The notes: generated by a model not told the origin, from the letters alone. DNA of 64,000 nt from an uncultured Actinomycetota bacterium (GCA_963848085.1 CAWKCE010000005.1:146282-210281); one strand, 5' to 3'. Positions 53,593-63,070 are shown, counted from the first letter of the stretch. Made by a program: numbers and translations.

Positions 53593-54357
53593 ATGAACAA
53601 AACTCTGCTGATCACCACCGCAGCCGCATCGGTGCTGGCAGTCGCCGGCTGCACGTCCAGCGCCAGTGACAACGCCGCACCCGCCTCACCGGCGGCGGCC
53701 CCCACCACGCAATCGCCGAGCCCAGCTGCTGTCGACGTGCCCAACTGCCCGAATCCTCATGGCGGCAGTTGCCTCGGGACGCTCGAACCGGGCGAGTACC
53801 AGACCACCACCTTCGCGCCGCAGCTGACCTACACCGTTCCAGCGGGGTGGACCAACCTGGAGGACCTACCGGGCAACTTCCTGCTCGAGGACGTGAAAGA
53901 CCCCCAGCCGGACAATGCTCTCGGCGGCAGCTACTTCGGCATATACACCAACGTCTACGCGGCTGCGATCGCCTGCAAGGAAACCTCACAGAAGGGCGTC
54001 GGCATCAAGCCCAAGGAGTTGGTCGCCTGGTACCAGTCCGTGCCCGGGCTCATCGTTTCCACGCCCAAGAAGGTGTCCGTCGGCGGACTCCGCGGACTCC
54101 AAGTCGACCTATCCGCCAAGCCGAAAGAGGAACCGTGCACCTTCGACGGGTACGCAGCGGTACCACTCATCATCGGCGACGGTGTCTCCCAGGTGCATCA
54201 CGTCGTAGGCAAGGGGCAAGACGTCCGGTTGGTCATCTTGGGCTGGAACGACGGCAACGTGACCCTGGAGATCACCAACGTGGACAAGCAACACAGCGCC
54301 AAGGACTACCGAGCCCAGGTCCAGCCGATCATCGACTCGATGGAGTTCAAAGCCTGA
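53593..54357 (+). CDS. hypothetical lipoprotein (signal + AGC lipobox); true start internal to ORF-track entry
   Basis: MNKTLLITTAAASVLAVAGCTSS...; GGGAG SD. Confidence 0.6.
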   Translation: MNKTLLITTAAASVLAVAGCTSSASDNAAPASPAAAPTTQSPSPAAVDVPNCPNPHGGSCLGTLEPGEYQTTTFAPQLTYTVPAGWTNLEDLPGNFLLEDVKDPQPDNALGGSYFGIYTNVYAAAIACKETSQKGVGIKPKELVAWYQSVPGLIVSTPKKVSVGGLRGLQVDLSAKPKEEPCTFDGYAAVPLIIGDGVSQVHHVVGKGQDVRLVILGWNDGNVTLEITNVDKQHSAKDYRAQVQPIIDSMEFKA

Positions 54358-54540
54358 CCACAGGCTGGAGCGGAGCCCGGCCCGGGCCCGGAGCGAGCGA
54401 GCCACGGACCGGACCCGCGCACGGCCTGTAGACCCAACGGCCCATGCCTTGCCGTCCCCCTTGTCGGCGTAGGTTGCGGTGGCCAGTCGGTCGGCGAAGC
54501 GGTGCCCAGTCACGCGCACACTTTGCCAGTGCCAGCCGCG

Positions 54541-54677
54541 CATACTGCCGGATATTGCGAGCAAACGGGACGGGGGCCCAGGGGGTGTCTTAATGATGTG
54601 TGGGGTTCGCCGCCCCGGTGGCCCCGCCCCCAAGCTCCGTGTGGTAGGAGCGCACATAACGGCACCTCTGTTCGGGC
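54541..54677 (+). repeat. repeat family copy 3
   Basis: catactgCCGGATattgcgag...CCCAGGGGGTGTCTTAATGATGTGTGGGGTT...GCGCACATAACGGCACCTCTGTTCGGG. Confidence 0.85.
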
Positions 54678-54771
54678 TCGGACTGAAGAGACGACCTGAT
54701 CCTGGCGGCACCCAGCGGTGGGTCCGCCCTGCTAGAGGGCCGGTCCCTCGGCGCTCGTTCATGCATGACTG

Positions 54772-55443
54772 TTAGGTCGGCGTGTCCCCGAACCGCGTCC
54801 AGTGCCCTTCGGAGACCACGTCGGAGGAACCGTCGACGACCCTGATGGCCGTCTGTTCGTCGATGGCATAAGCCGGGATACCGATGTCGGCGGCCCAGCG
54901 CTCTGCGTCGGCCTGACTGTTCTCCGGGAAGGCGTCCAGGTGCGGGAAGATCGAGAAGTCGACGACTCCCAAGGTGCGGTCGTCCAGGGCTGCTGGCCAC
55001 TCCACGAAGTCCGTTCCGATCCGGGGTGTCATCACCATGCTGCCGGCGCTCACACCCACCCAGACCGTGTCGAGTAGCGACGGCAGTAGCTCGGCGAGGC
55101 CGGACTCCTTCATCCAATGGCACAGGTACGTCGCGTCACCACCGTCGACCAGGAGTGCGTCGGCCTCCCGAACCCAGGGAACCCATCGCTCCGCCCCGAT
55201 GGTGGGAAGCGCGGTCAACTCGAGGACTCCGAGCGATGCCCAGCCCAGGCCTGACAGGTGGTCCCATCCGGGATCGGCGGCCACGAAGCCCCGCACCGAG
55301 GTCGGACCACACATCGGGTGGCCCCATTGCCCGGTGGGGATGCAGAGGGCGTGGCACTCGGTGATCGGCTTGCCGAGAAGCTGCACGAGCGCTGAGTGGA
55401 TGCTTGGGTTCGTGACTCCGCCCGACGTCAGCAGCAGCCGCAT
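54772..55443 (-). CDS. peptidase E (S51) / class-I glutamine amidotransferase-like family protein
   Basis: MRLLLTSGG... and GVSAGSMV nucleophile elbow; GGGAGG SD. Confidence 0.65.
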   Translation of the reverse strand: MRLLLTSGGVTNPSIHSALVQLLGKPITECHALCIPTGQWGHPMCGPTSVRGFVAADPGWDHLSGLGWASLGVLELTALPTIGAERWVPWVREADALLVDGGDATYLCHWMKESGLAELLPSLLDTVWVGVSAGSMVMTPRIGTDFVEWPAALDDRTLGVVDFSIFPHLDAFPENSQADAERWAADIGIPAYAIDEQTAIRVVDGSSDVVSEGHWTRFGDTPT

Positions 55444-55627
55444 GGGGCCTCCCAATTCGTCTCAGGCTGAAGGTAACCATTGCCAGTCAATCTCATGAGT
55501 CACATCAGCCGAACGCGACGGGCCGGTCGCTCGTCAGCAGGCGATCCAGATCGGCACTTCGGCTTCGCCCCGCCAATCCCCAGAGGGAACACCCGTCCTG
55601 CTGGGCTGAGGGCGGCGGGTCGCGGAC

Positions 55628-56212
55628 TCAGGTGGTGCGGCGGTAGCGGATGTGGGTGGTCAATGGTGAGTGCAGCACCTCGGCGGGCTCAAAGCCGAAG
55701 GACGCCACCCCGTCGAAGATGCGCTCGCCCGAACCGAGCAGGACGGGCGCGATGTCGAGGGTGAGTTCATCGATCACGCCGGCGATCAACGCCTGTCGGA
55801 CGGTCGAGGCTCCACCGGCGATGTCCACTCCGTTGCCGCCAGCCGCCTCACGCGCTGCGGAGTAGGCCGCGGCGAAGCCCTCTGTGACGAAGTGGAACGT
55901 CGTCCCTCCGTCCATCTGAATCGAATCTTGGCGGTGATGGGTCAATACGAAGACGGGCGCGTGGTACGGCGGCTCGGGGCCCCACCAACCAGACCAGGCC
56001 TCGTCCCAGTCCCCGCGAATCGGGCCGAACATGTTCCTGCCCATTACATACGCACCTCGGGGGCGCATGAGCCACTCGTTCGCGACCTTGTCCGCGTCGT
56101 TGGCACGCGGGTCGCCGATATGCCAGCCATGCAGCTCCCGCCCCCGCTTTCCCAGGGGCTCCTCCCGGCTCTGATCCGGCCCAGCGACGAACCCGTCAAG
56201 CGCGATCGACAT
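55628..56212 (-). CDS. dihydrofolate reductase-like protein (RibD C-terminal domain family)
   Basis: MSIALDGFVAGPD... and GGASTVRQALIAGVIDELTLDIAPVLLGSGERIFDG signature. Confidence 0.75.
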   Translation of the reverse strand: MSIALDGFVAGPDQSREEPLGKRGRELHGWHIGDPRANDADKVANEWLMRPRGAYVMGRNMFGPIRGDWDEAWSGWWGPEPPYHAPVFVLTHHRQDSIQMDGGTTFHFVTEGFAAAYSAAREAAGGNGVDIAGGASTVRQALIAGVIDELTLDIAPVLLGSGERIFDGVASFGFEPAEVLHSPLTTHIRYRRTT

Positions 56213-56404
56213 ATGGCAAGTGGTGTCCGACACCAAGTGCTCCCAAGCAGTTGCGAAGTGGAAGAAGTCGCCCGGACGATATCGGGCGGCATCTTCCGGG
56301 GCCACCGAACGCGAATGCCGGAGTGGCTGTGCACCCGACGTCCCCTATCGGCAGCTGCCGATCGCGCTCCTCGGCGTTGGATGGCACCGCGCTCGACGTT
56401 GTAG

Positions 56405-56758
56405 TCAGTCGGCCTCAAGGTGCCCGAAGCGGCGAACCTCCTGGGGCCAGCCGCAGGCCTCCGCGATCTTTCCCGCCCACATCGTGGCAGCCTCGTCATC
56501 AGCCACGTCCACCACGGTAAACCCGCCCAAGATCTCCTTGGTCTCCACGAACGGTCCGTTGGTGATCACCAAGGTGCCGCTGGTGGTGTCGGCGCTGTAG
56601 ACCGGGCCGTCCTGCTCCAGCCCACCGGCGAAGAGGTACGCGCCAGCAGCCTTGATCTCGTCCACCACCGCCTCGGCGAGCGGTCCGCGCGCGCGGAACC
56701 ACTCCTCGGTGTGGTCGCCCACCCACTGCTGGTTGAAGTAGATGAGGTACTCGGCCAT
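56405..56758 (-). CDS. YciI-like (YCII-related) domain protein
   Basis: MAEYLIYFN...GPLAEAVVDEIKAAGAYLFAGGL...GGFTVVDV pattern. Confidence 0.65.
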   Translation of the reverse strand: MAEYLIYFNQQWVGDHTEEWFRARGPLAEAVVDEIKAAGAYLFAGGLEQDGPVYSADTTSGTLVITNGPFVETKEILGGFTVVDVADDEAATMWAGKIAEACGWPQEVRRFGHLEAD

Positions 56759-56913
56759 GACCACTCCTTCTCCTCCGGGGACCCAATGGCCCGCGTCGCC
56801 TACCCTACGAACGGCAACAGGCGAATCCGACTCGGTCACACCAGAGCGAACACCGGGCATCGGCCTGGCAACGGCGAGTCCTCCCGCTCATCGGCATGAG
56901 CGCCGCCGGAGGC

Positions 56914-56990
56914 CGCGCATACTGCCGGTGATCTCAACCGGTCGATGCAACACCCTCGTTGTTTGGGGGTCGTGTCGTCGGGAGGTTGGG
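56914..56990 (+). repeat. relic partial copy of the repeat family (shares 15-mer CGCGCATACTGCCGG with copy 3)
   Basis: Seen directly; rest diverged. Confidence 0.4.
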
Positions 56991-57120
56991 ATGGTCAGGT
57001 TGTCGGTGGAGGAGAAGGCGGAGATTCGGAAGTTGGCGGGGGCGTAGCGGCCCAATGGCTCGGCGCGTCGCAGCTATAGAGTCACAACCCACGAGTCGTG
57101 CGAGGCGAAGGAGACTTGCG

Positions 57121-57591
57121 GTGGAGATCAAGGAACTCGGGCACCTGGTTCTCTACGTGCGCGACCTCAAGGCGTCGGTGCACTTCTACCGCGACGTCCT
57201 GGGCTGGCGACCGATCCTCGGCGGAGACGACGACGAACCGCTGCCGTTTCCGGCCGCCGCCTTCAACGCGCCGTCCAACCGCACCCACCACGAGCTGCTG
57301 CTCATCGAGGTCGGCAAGGACGCCACTGCGATCCCGCACGGCCGACGCGTGGGTCTGTACCACTTCGGCCTCAAGGTCGGCGACAGCGACGACGAGCTGC
57401 GCGAGGCACTCGCCACACTGCAGGAGAACGACGTTACGATCCTCGGTTCCAGCGACCACACGGTGACGCACAGCCTCTACATCGCCGACCCCGACGGCAA
57501 CGAGGTCGAGCTGTTCATCGACGTCCCCGGCGTCGACTGGAAGAACGACCCGGCGCTCATCGCCGCCCCGGTCAAGCCCCTCGTGCTCTGA
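57121..57591 (+). CDS. VOC/glyoxalase-family protein (GTG start, AAGGAGA SD)
   Basis: (V)EIKELGHLVLYVRDLKASVHFYRDVLGW...HHELLLIEV...GLYHFGLKV pattern. Confidence 0.75.
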   Translation: MEIKELGHLVLYVRDLKASVHFYRDVLGWRPILGGDDDEPLPFPAAAFNAPSNRTHHELLLIEVGKDATAIPHGRRVGLYHFGLKVGDSDDELREALATLQENDVTILGSSDHTVTHSLYIADPDGNEVELFIDVPGVDWKNDPALIAAPVKPLVL

Positions 57592-57709
57592 ACGAGCCCG
57601 CTGATCCTGACAAGGACGTCTATCCTTCCAACGCCGGGCGCTAACTCCCCGCGACGGTCAGTGGGCGCCGATCCCGAGCGGGCCGCCAGTGTGACGGATC
57701 AATGAGCGC

Positions 57710-57843
57710 GAATGCCGGATATTTGGCGGCCCCGGGACCACGAGCCAGGGGATGCCTTAACGATGTGTGGGTTTGCCGGCCCAGGCGCCCCGCCCAGGCG
57801 CTCCGCGAGGGCGGGGCGCCGACAACGACACGTCGGTTCGGGT
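57710..57843 (+). repeat. repeat family copy 4
   Basis: GAATGCCGGATatttggcGGCCCCGGGACcacGAGCCAGGGGATGCCTTAACGATGTGTGGGTTT...CGGTTCGGG. Confidence 0.85.
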
Positions 57844-58381
57844 TGGGCCTGCCGTGACACCCGGTTTCAGCTCGGGCCGTGCCACCGGACTTCAGCCACT
57901 TCCGACCGGGACGCTCTTGAGACCAGCGGACCGGACGACTGGTGTATGCCCAGGTCGTCGGCGGTGACCCGTCACCCAAGGGCGCCGAGCAGACCGAGTC
58001 GGCAAGCCCCGGTGCTCCTCATGCCGACATTCGCCCGAGGCTGACCTTGCGTACAACAGGTCAGTCGGCCGCAAGGCGCCAGGGTTCGCCCGCCGACGCT
58101 CATCGTCCGCCAGGCGCTTCGTCGCGACCGGGTCAACGACGCTAGGACCGGCGAAACGGTCATACAACGAGCGACGGCCACCAAACAGGCACAGGCGCCA
58201 TCCCAAGGCCTCCCCCGCAACCCCACACCAGTTGGTCCTTCTCGGCTTCCCGCCTCCGGGGCATTCCCTCTGGACACCCGAGACGCTAGACAGCCTGACC
58301 CGGCGCTATCCGGCTCTCGACATCGAGCCGTGGCTGGCCGCTGCGCCCTTGGACTGATCACGGCCACGCACTGAGGGCGAG

Positions 58382-59113
58382 TTACGACTCCAGCTCCCAC
58401 AGCTTGCGGTAGTAGGCGATCCGTTCCTCGTCCGGTTCGATTCCGTAGGACTCGAAGAACTCACCTTGATGGCCTTCACCGAAGTTCCAGTCGAGGCTCA
58501 AGGAGGCGATGGCCAGGTCCGCCCATCGGTCGCCCACCGCCAAGTCACCGAAGTCGACGTTGCCCGTCCACTCCCCGGAGGACGAGATCAGCGTGTTGGG
58601 TGCACACGCGTCCCCGTGGACAACCACCGGCTCATCCACTGGGGGGCGGGGGCCGATCGATGGAGGCGTGCGACCGACCCAGACCTCCGATGTCCAGCCG
58701 GCTGGGAAATCATCGGTGGGGATCGAATGAATAGATCGAAGGCCCACGGCGATGGCCCGGATCGCCTCCGGCCGACGGGCGCGCCAGTTGTCTCCGACAG
58801 CGTGCTCGCCGGGCAGCGCCTCGGTGACAAGCCACTGGGCCGCCTCGTCCCCGCCGAAGTCGAGCACCCGCGGAGCCGGATGGCGCTTCGAGATCCACTC
58901 GAGCCGCACCTTCTCTCGCCCCAGATCAACACCGGCCGACCGCGGATACCACTTCACATACGTATCGCCGGCACAGAAGGTCAGACCGCCAAGTTCGCTG
59001 CGCCAGATGAGGTCCTTGGGACGCGCCCCGGCTAGCTGGACCACGATGTCCGGCACGGGATCATCCCCCAGGGAGTGAAGGGCATCCAGGTCCGAGAGGT
59101 CGCTTCCCGTCAT
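58382..59113 (-). CDS. aminoglycoside phosphotransferase (APH family, APH(3')-like); alternative TTG start at 59146
   Basis: VVHGDACAPNTLI and VDFGDLAVGDRWADLAIA motifs (Brenner and DFG-like). Confidence 0.8.
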   Translation of the reverse strand: MTGSDLSDLDALHSLGDDPVPDIVVQLAGARPKDLIWRSELGGLTFCAGDTYVKWYPRSAGVDLGREKVRLEWISKRHPAPRVLDFGGDEAAQWLVTEALPGEHAVGDNWRARRPEAIRAIAVGLRSIHSIPTDDFPAGWTSEVWVGRTPPSIGPRPPVDEPVVVHGDACAPNTLISSSGEWTGNVDFGDLAVGDRWADLAIASLSLDWNFGEGHQGEFFESYGIEPDEERIAYYRKLWELES

Positions 59114-59317
59114 GGCATCAGGTTCCCCGTCGCGCGGGCGTTTCAACTATTCCCGCCCGCTGGCCTTGCGAGCAGCGACCTCGACGCGGACGTGGTACGC
59201 CTTCCACCGACAGGCCAGCCGGCCTGTCGGGTCGCCGGGACCGAAGGCCTGCCCATGCCCACGGACCCGACACAAGACGGTCAGGTGCGCCGATAATCGG
59301 ACCCACGTGACGGCGGT

Positions 59318-60025
59318 TCAGTTCTTCGTCGCAGGGGACTGGGCGACGCATACGACTCCGGTGTTGCCGTCCTGGTCGGCGATCACGGTGAGCGACGGCG
59401 CGTCGCTGTCATCGACGACCGTCCCACCCGCGGCGACGGCCGCGGCGATTCGTTGCTCGGCCACCTCGGGCGCCACATAGACCTCGACGTGGAACCGCTG
59501 ACGCGGGGTCTCGTGCTCGTCGGCGTCCCCGAACCACAGGTTCGGTACCCGACCCGTGGCGTCCCGGATCTCGTCGCTGGGGGACCCGTGGCCCTGGGCT
59601 CCGGCGTTCCCGGTCAGCAGGGCGGCCCACACCGGGGCGATGGTCGCGGAGTGCGCCGTGTCGAGGCCGAGCTCGATGACGCTGACCGAGGCGGGGTCGG
59701 CGTCGACCTTGTGCTCGGCGGCGATCTCGGTGATCCGTCGCGCGAGGTCGACGTCCTGCTGGGTCACCCATTCGACGACGTGTTCGGTGCCCTCGTCGTC
59801 GCGGTAGATGGCGTCGGCGCTGACCAGCTTGAGGTCGACGTACCCGTCGCCGATCGCCACGCTCGGGTGGTGTCCGAGCGCGTCGCCCGCCTCGCCTACC
59901 GTGGCGACGAACCGTGCGCCGGTGCCGAAGTCGTCGACCAGGTAGCGGGCATGCAGTCCCTGTGCCAGCTTGCGCCAGTCGGTCAGCTTGGCCTCGGCGA
60001 TCTCCTCGCCCTTCAGCATGTCCAT
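59318..60025 (-). CDS. fusion protein: pterin-4a-carbinolamine dehydratase (PCD/DCoH) domain + VOC/glyoxalase-like domain
   Basis: N-terminal ...LTDWRKL...GDALGHHPSVAIGDGYVDLKLVS (E-x-HHP-like motif); C-terminal glyoxalase-like half. Confidence 0.6.
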   Translation of the reverse strand: MDMLKGEEIAEAKLTDWRKLAQGLHARYLVDDFGTGARFVATVGEAGDALGHHPSVAIGDGYVDLKLVSADAIYRDDEGTEHVVEWVTQQDVDLARRITEIAAEHKVDADPASVSVIELGLDTAHSATIAPVWAALLTGNAGAQGHGSPSDEIRDATGRVPNLWFGDADEHETPRQRFHVEVYVAPEVAEQRIAAAVAAGGTVVDDSDAPSLTVIADQDGNTGVVCVAQSPATKN

Positions 60026-60182
60026 GTTCGGGGACCCTAACTGTGATTCAGCCGAAGCGGGGCTGGGTGCGCCGCGGGGCCCTGACTGCGCGTCAGCTGC
60101 GCTTTGCGTCGATCGCTCGGTCGACGATGTTCCCTCCGGAATATCGCCACGTCCAAATCCCGCCCGACCACCGGCGATGCCT

Positions 60183-60295
60183 CATGCCGGATACTGCGCG
60201 GATCCGGGACCGGGCCAGGGGATGTCTTGACGATGTGTGGGGTTAGCCGCCCCGATGCTCTGTGAGGGGGCGCACATATCGGCACTTCAGCGCAG
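60183..60295 (+). repeat. repeat family copy 5 (shortest)
   Basis: catgCCGGATactgcgcGGATCCGGGACcGGGCCAGGGGATGTCTTGACGATGTGTGGGGTT...GCGCACATATCGGCACTTCAGCG. Confidence 0.85.
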
Positions 60296-60367
60296 GTCCT
60301 CTGACCGTCCGGTGTGCCCTCATTGAGTGTCCATGCTGGTGTGCCTGACACGAGGTCGCTGGTTGCC

Positions 60368-61690
60368 CTATGCCGTCGGGTCGACGACGTGTCCGACGAA
60401 GACCGGCGTTTGAGTGGGTTCGTGGACCACTGCCCAGGCGTACGGCCGGTCTACTCCCATCGTCTTCGTGGTGATGGGACCTGAGACAAGCATTCCGATA
60501 CCGGTGACGGCGGCAGCTTCGGACCCTTCCTCGTCGACGGTGATGTTCGCGCGATGAACTGCCTGGCTGACCGTCACTCCGGGAGCAATACCGGTGAGGT
60601 CACCCAGACTGCTGAGACCCAGCGCGCTCAGCGCACTCAGCAGCTCCAAGTCCGTGCCGGTGTCCCAGCGAGGCAGGGTGAGGTCCACCGCTTGGGTCGC
60701 GTCGGCCGCTACCGGGGCGGTGGCGACCGGCAACAGAGCGTTCAGGGCGGGCAGGTCGCGCACCACGGTTCGCGGGAGCACGACGCGCATGGTCAGCTCG
60801 TCGCCGACGTACGGCAGGGTGATCCGTTGCCACCGGTCGTTCTCGGTGTACCGGACTGGCTCGGTCGTCTGGCGCATCATCTGTGCCTGCACTGACGAGC
60901 CGGCGGAGGTTGTGAAGAGTCCGGTTGTGGTGGCTGAGGCGGAGAACTGGGTGACCCAGGTGGCCTTGAGGTAGACGGCGTTGGCGAGCACCATCAGCGT
61001 GTTGGGGTCGAGCTGGTCGAAGAGTCTCTTGATCCGGCCGTGAGTCTGCTTCGTCACCCAGGCGTTGATGGTCTCTGTCGCTGCCGGGGAGCCGAAGTCC
61101 ACACTGTCTGGGTGCGCTCCGTACTGGGCAGCGAGCAGGTCGAGGAATGGCTGTTCGACCGAAGGTCCGAATCCGTCAGCCACGAACAGCCCGTTGGCGA
61201 CCGCGACCACGGGGGTCGGGGCCGGCTGCTCGCTCGGTGGCGGTGGCGGGGTCACCAGGTGCGCCGTGAGTGCGTTCAGAGCCTGGTGCGGTGAACCTTC
61301 GGCGCGGTTGCTCGGCGGAAAACCAAACACAGCGTCGATCTGGGTGGCAGTCTCCCCGCGACTTCCCGCGCGCAACATCCCGAAGGCCACCGCGATCGAC
61401 AGCGGCGACACGGTGAAGTTGGCTGACGGTGCGGCAGCAAGAGCGTGCAGATGCGAGGCAAACGCGTCCATCCCCGCCACAACTTCGGGCAGGTCGGGCG
61501 CTTCGGACAGCGAGACGACGGCTCTGTCGACCTGGGACACCCTGATCGGCCCCGCTGGTCCACCTCCACCCGGGGCCGCTGACTGGGAACACCCCACCAG
61601 GGCCGGCGCCGCCCCGACTGCGAGGAGACCGAGCATCGTGAGCATGGTCCGACGAGAGAGCAGTTCGGCCGAGCGGTCAACCGGTTGCAT
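60368..61690 (-). CDS. serpin-family serine protease inhibitor with Tat-like/lipoprotein signal; true start internal to 482-aa ORF
   Basis: NAVYLKATWVTQF..., RCL-like C-terminal region; N-terminal SRRTMLTMLGLLAVGAAPALVGC. Confidence 0.7.
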   Translation of the reverse strand: MQPVDRSAELLSRRTMLTMLGLLAVGAAPALVGCSQSAAPGGGGPAGPIRVSQVDRAVVSLSEAPDLPEVVAGMDAFASHLHALAAAPSANFTVSPLSIAVAFGMLRAGSRGETATQIDAVFGFPPSNRAEGSPHQALNALTAHLVTPPPPPSEQPAPTPVVAVANGLFVADGFGPSVEQPFLDLLAAQYGAHPDSVDFGSPAATETINAWVTKQTHGRIKRLFDQLDPNTLMVLANAVYLKATWVTQFSASATTTGLFTTSAGSSVQAQMMRQTTEPVRYTENDRWQRITLPYVGDELTMRVVLPRTVVRDLPALNALLPVATAPVAADATQAVDLTLPRWDTGTDLELLSALSALGLSSLGDLTGIAPGVTVSQAVHRANITVDEEGSEAAAVTGIGMLVSGPITTKTMGVDRPYAWAVVHEPTQTPVFVGHVVDPTA

Positions 61691-61872
61691 CAAGAACGGC
61701 CACCTTCCCCTACTCCACCTACGACGACTGGGCGACCTCGCCCGTTCCTCGACGCCGCAAGTACCTCCCGACATGCGGAAACACAGCCGACCTCCGCCAC
61801 TCGGTGGCGGCAGCACAGTGGTGGCGTGTCAACAATCGGTGCCAACTGTCGCACGCGCCGCCCAGGCAAACC

Positions 61873-61993
61873 GAATGCCGGATGCCGGGCTGTTCCGGGG
61901 AGAAGCGAGTCAGGGGACGGATGGGCGATGTGTGGGGTCGCCCGCCAGGTGCTCTACGAGGCCGGCGAGGCACACATGACGGCGCATCTGCAC
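61873..61993 (+). repeat. repeat family copy 6 (more diverged)
   Basis: GAATGCCGGATgccgggctgTTCCGGGGAgaagcGAGTCAGGGGAcGGATGGGCGATGTGTGGGGTcg...GCACACATGACGGCGCATCTGC. Confidence 0.8.
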
Positions 61994-62019
61994 CGGGTCC
62001 GATCCAGATCCGAGTTGCG

Positions 62020-62481
62020 CTAGTCCTCGATGACATCCAGACCCTGCTCTCGGAGCAGTGCCAAGCGATCGAGCATGCCCTTCAGCACTTCCGGGGAGTG
62101 CCCCTCCCACTTCTCCACCTCGCTGACTACCAGCAGCGGATGGCGGGTGCGGTAGGACTGTGTGATGTTGCCGGGGAACTTCTTGTTCGTCACGTTGGGG
62201 TCGTCCTCGAAGGGGCCGGTGGGCCTGACGACATAGATGTAGCCCCGCTCTCCGGTACCCGCGCGAGCAGTCGCCAGCTCCGCCCCCCATGCCGCGGTGT
62301 CCACGAGCGCGGTGAAGTAGATGTTGTTCGACACCCTGCCTTCGTGGAAGTTGGAGCCGTAACCGGGCAGGAGCTCTTCTCCGACCGTGAGCGCGGATTT
62401 CGTTCCGTGGTAGAAGGGTCCCTCGATGTGGTCGCAGTTCTCGTAGGTAACCGGAATGTGCGTGCTTCTGGGTTCTTCCAC
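62020..62481 (-). CDS. arr: NAD(+)--rifampin ADP-ribosyltransferase (Arr); GTG start; the 317-aa ORF-track entry is over-extended
   Basis: EGPFYHGTKSALTVGEELLPGYGSNFHEGRVSNNIYFTALVDTAAWGAELA...GYIYVVRPTGPFEDDPNVTNKKFPGNITQSYRTRHPLLVVSEVEKWEGH matches the Arr family along its length; GAGAGGA SD. Confidence 0.85.
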   Translation of the reverse strand: MEEPRSTHIPVTYENCDHIEGPFYHGTKSALTVGEELLPGYGSNFHEGRVSNNIYFTALVDTAAWGAELATARAGTGERGYIYVVRPTGPFEDDPNVTNKKFPGNITQSYRTRHPLLVVSEVEKWEGHSPEVLKGMLDRLALLREQGLDVIED

Positions 62482-62665
62482 ACGTGTCCTCTCGAATTCA
62501 TCCGACGCTCTGGGTGGCACCCGAATCTGGCGGCTATCACCTACGGCCGGGTCGGCAGGCGCGAACGATACAACGCCCCTCAAGGGAAGCACGCCAGACA
62601 TTCCTTGGCCCGGGTCCCGAAGGACCCATGACCCTCGTCCGCCCAACCCTGGAATAGTCCCTGTC

Positions 62666-62965
62666 ATGGGCGACCCGCCGGAACTTCGCCACAGCGGACA
62701 CTGGAGGATCGCTGTTTGGGCCCTTCGAGTGGGGTACGTCGGGCTGGCCGTCGCCATTGCCGGCCTCATCGTGACGTCGTTGGGATACACGCCGTGGGTG
62801 CTGGCCGTTGGGGTGATCATTTGGCTCGCCGCCGCAGCCGTCACGTTGGCGGGGTTCTTCTGGTCCCGGCACGAGCTTCCCGAGCCACGACCTGGGTTCT
62901 GGTCGATGCGGTTCATGCTCGTCCACGACACGGTCCACGCCCAGTCGCCGTCCCAGCGGTCCTGA
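62666..62965 (+). CDS. hypothetical small membrane protein (2 TM helices)
   Basis: MGDPPELRHSGHWRIAVWALRVGYVGLAVAIAGLIVTSLGYTPWVLAVGVIIWLAAAAV... Confidence 0.4.
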   Translation: MGDPPELRHSGHWRIAVWALRVGYVGLAVAIAGLIVTSLGYTPWVLAVGVIIWLAAAAVTLAGFFWSRHELPEPRPGFWSMRFMLVHDTVHAQSPSQRS

Positions 62966-63070
62966 CAGCCCATTCCTCGGCCGCTGCGTCCGCCGTACGC
63001 CAGTCTCCCGACTCGTCCACCGACCCGGATGTGCCACCACCGATCGGCTTCGAAGGGTGCCCCGTATCAC

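Noticed and set aside
54109-54762. 217-aa minus-strand ORF spanning repeat copy 3
   Set aside because: It reads through the non-coding repeat and the 3' end of the + strand lipoprotein gene. No domain support.
62020-62973. Upstream 160 aa of the 317-aa ORF as part of Arr
   Set aside because: Arr enzymes are ~140-150 aa. Homology starts at ...VEEPRSTHIPVTYENCDHIEGPFYHGTK with an SD-preceded GTG. The upstream part overlaps an oppositely oriented small membrane-protein ORF.
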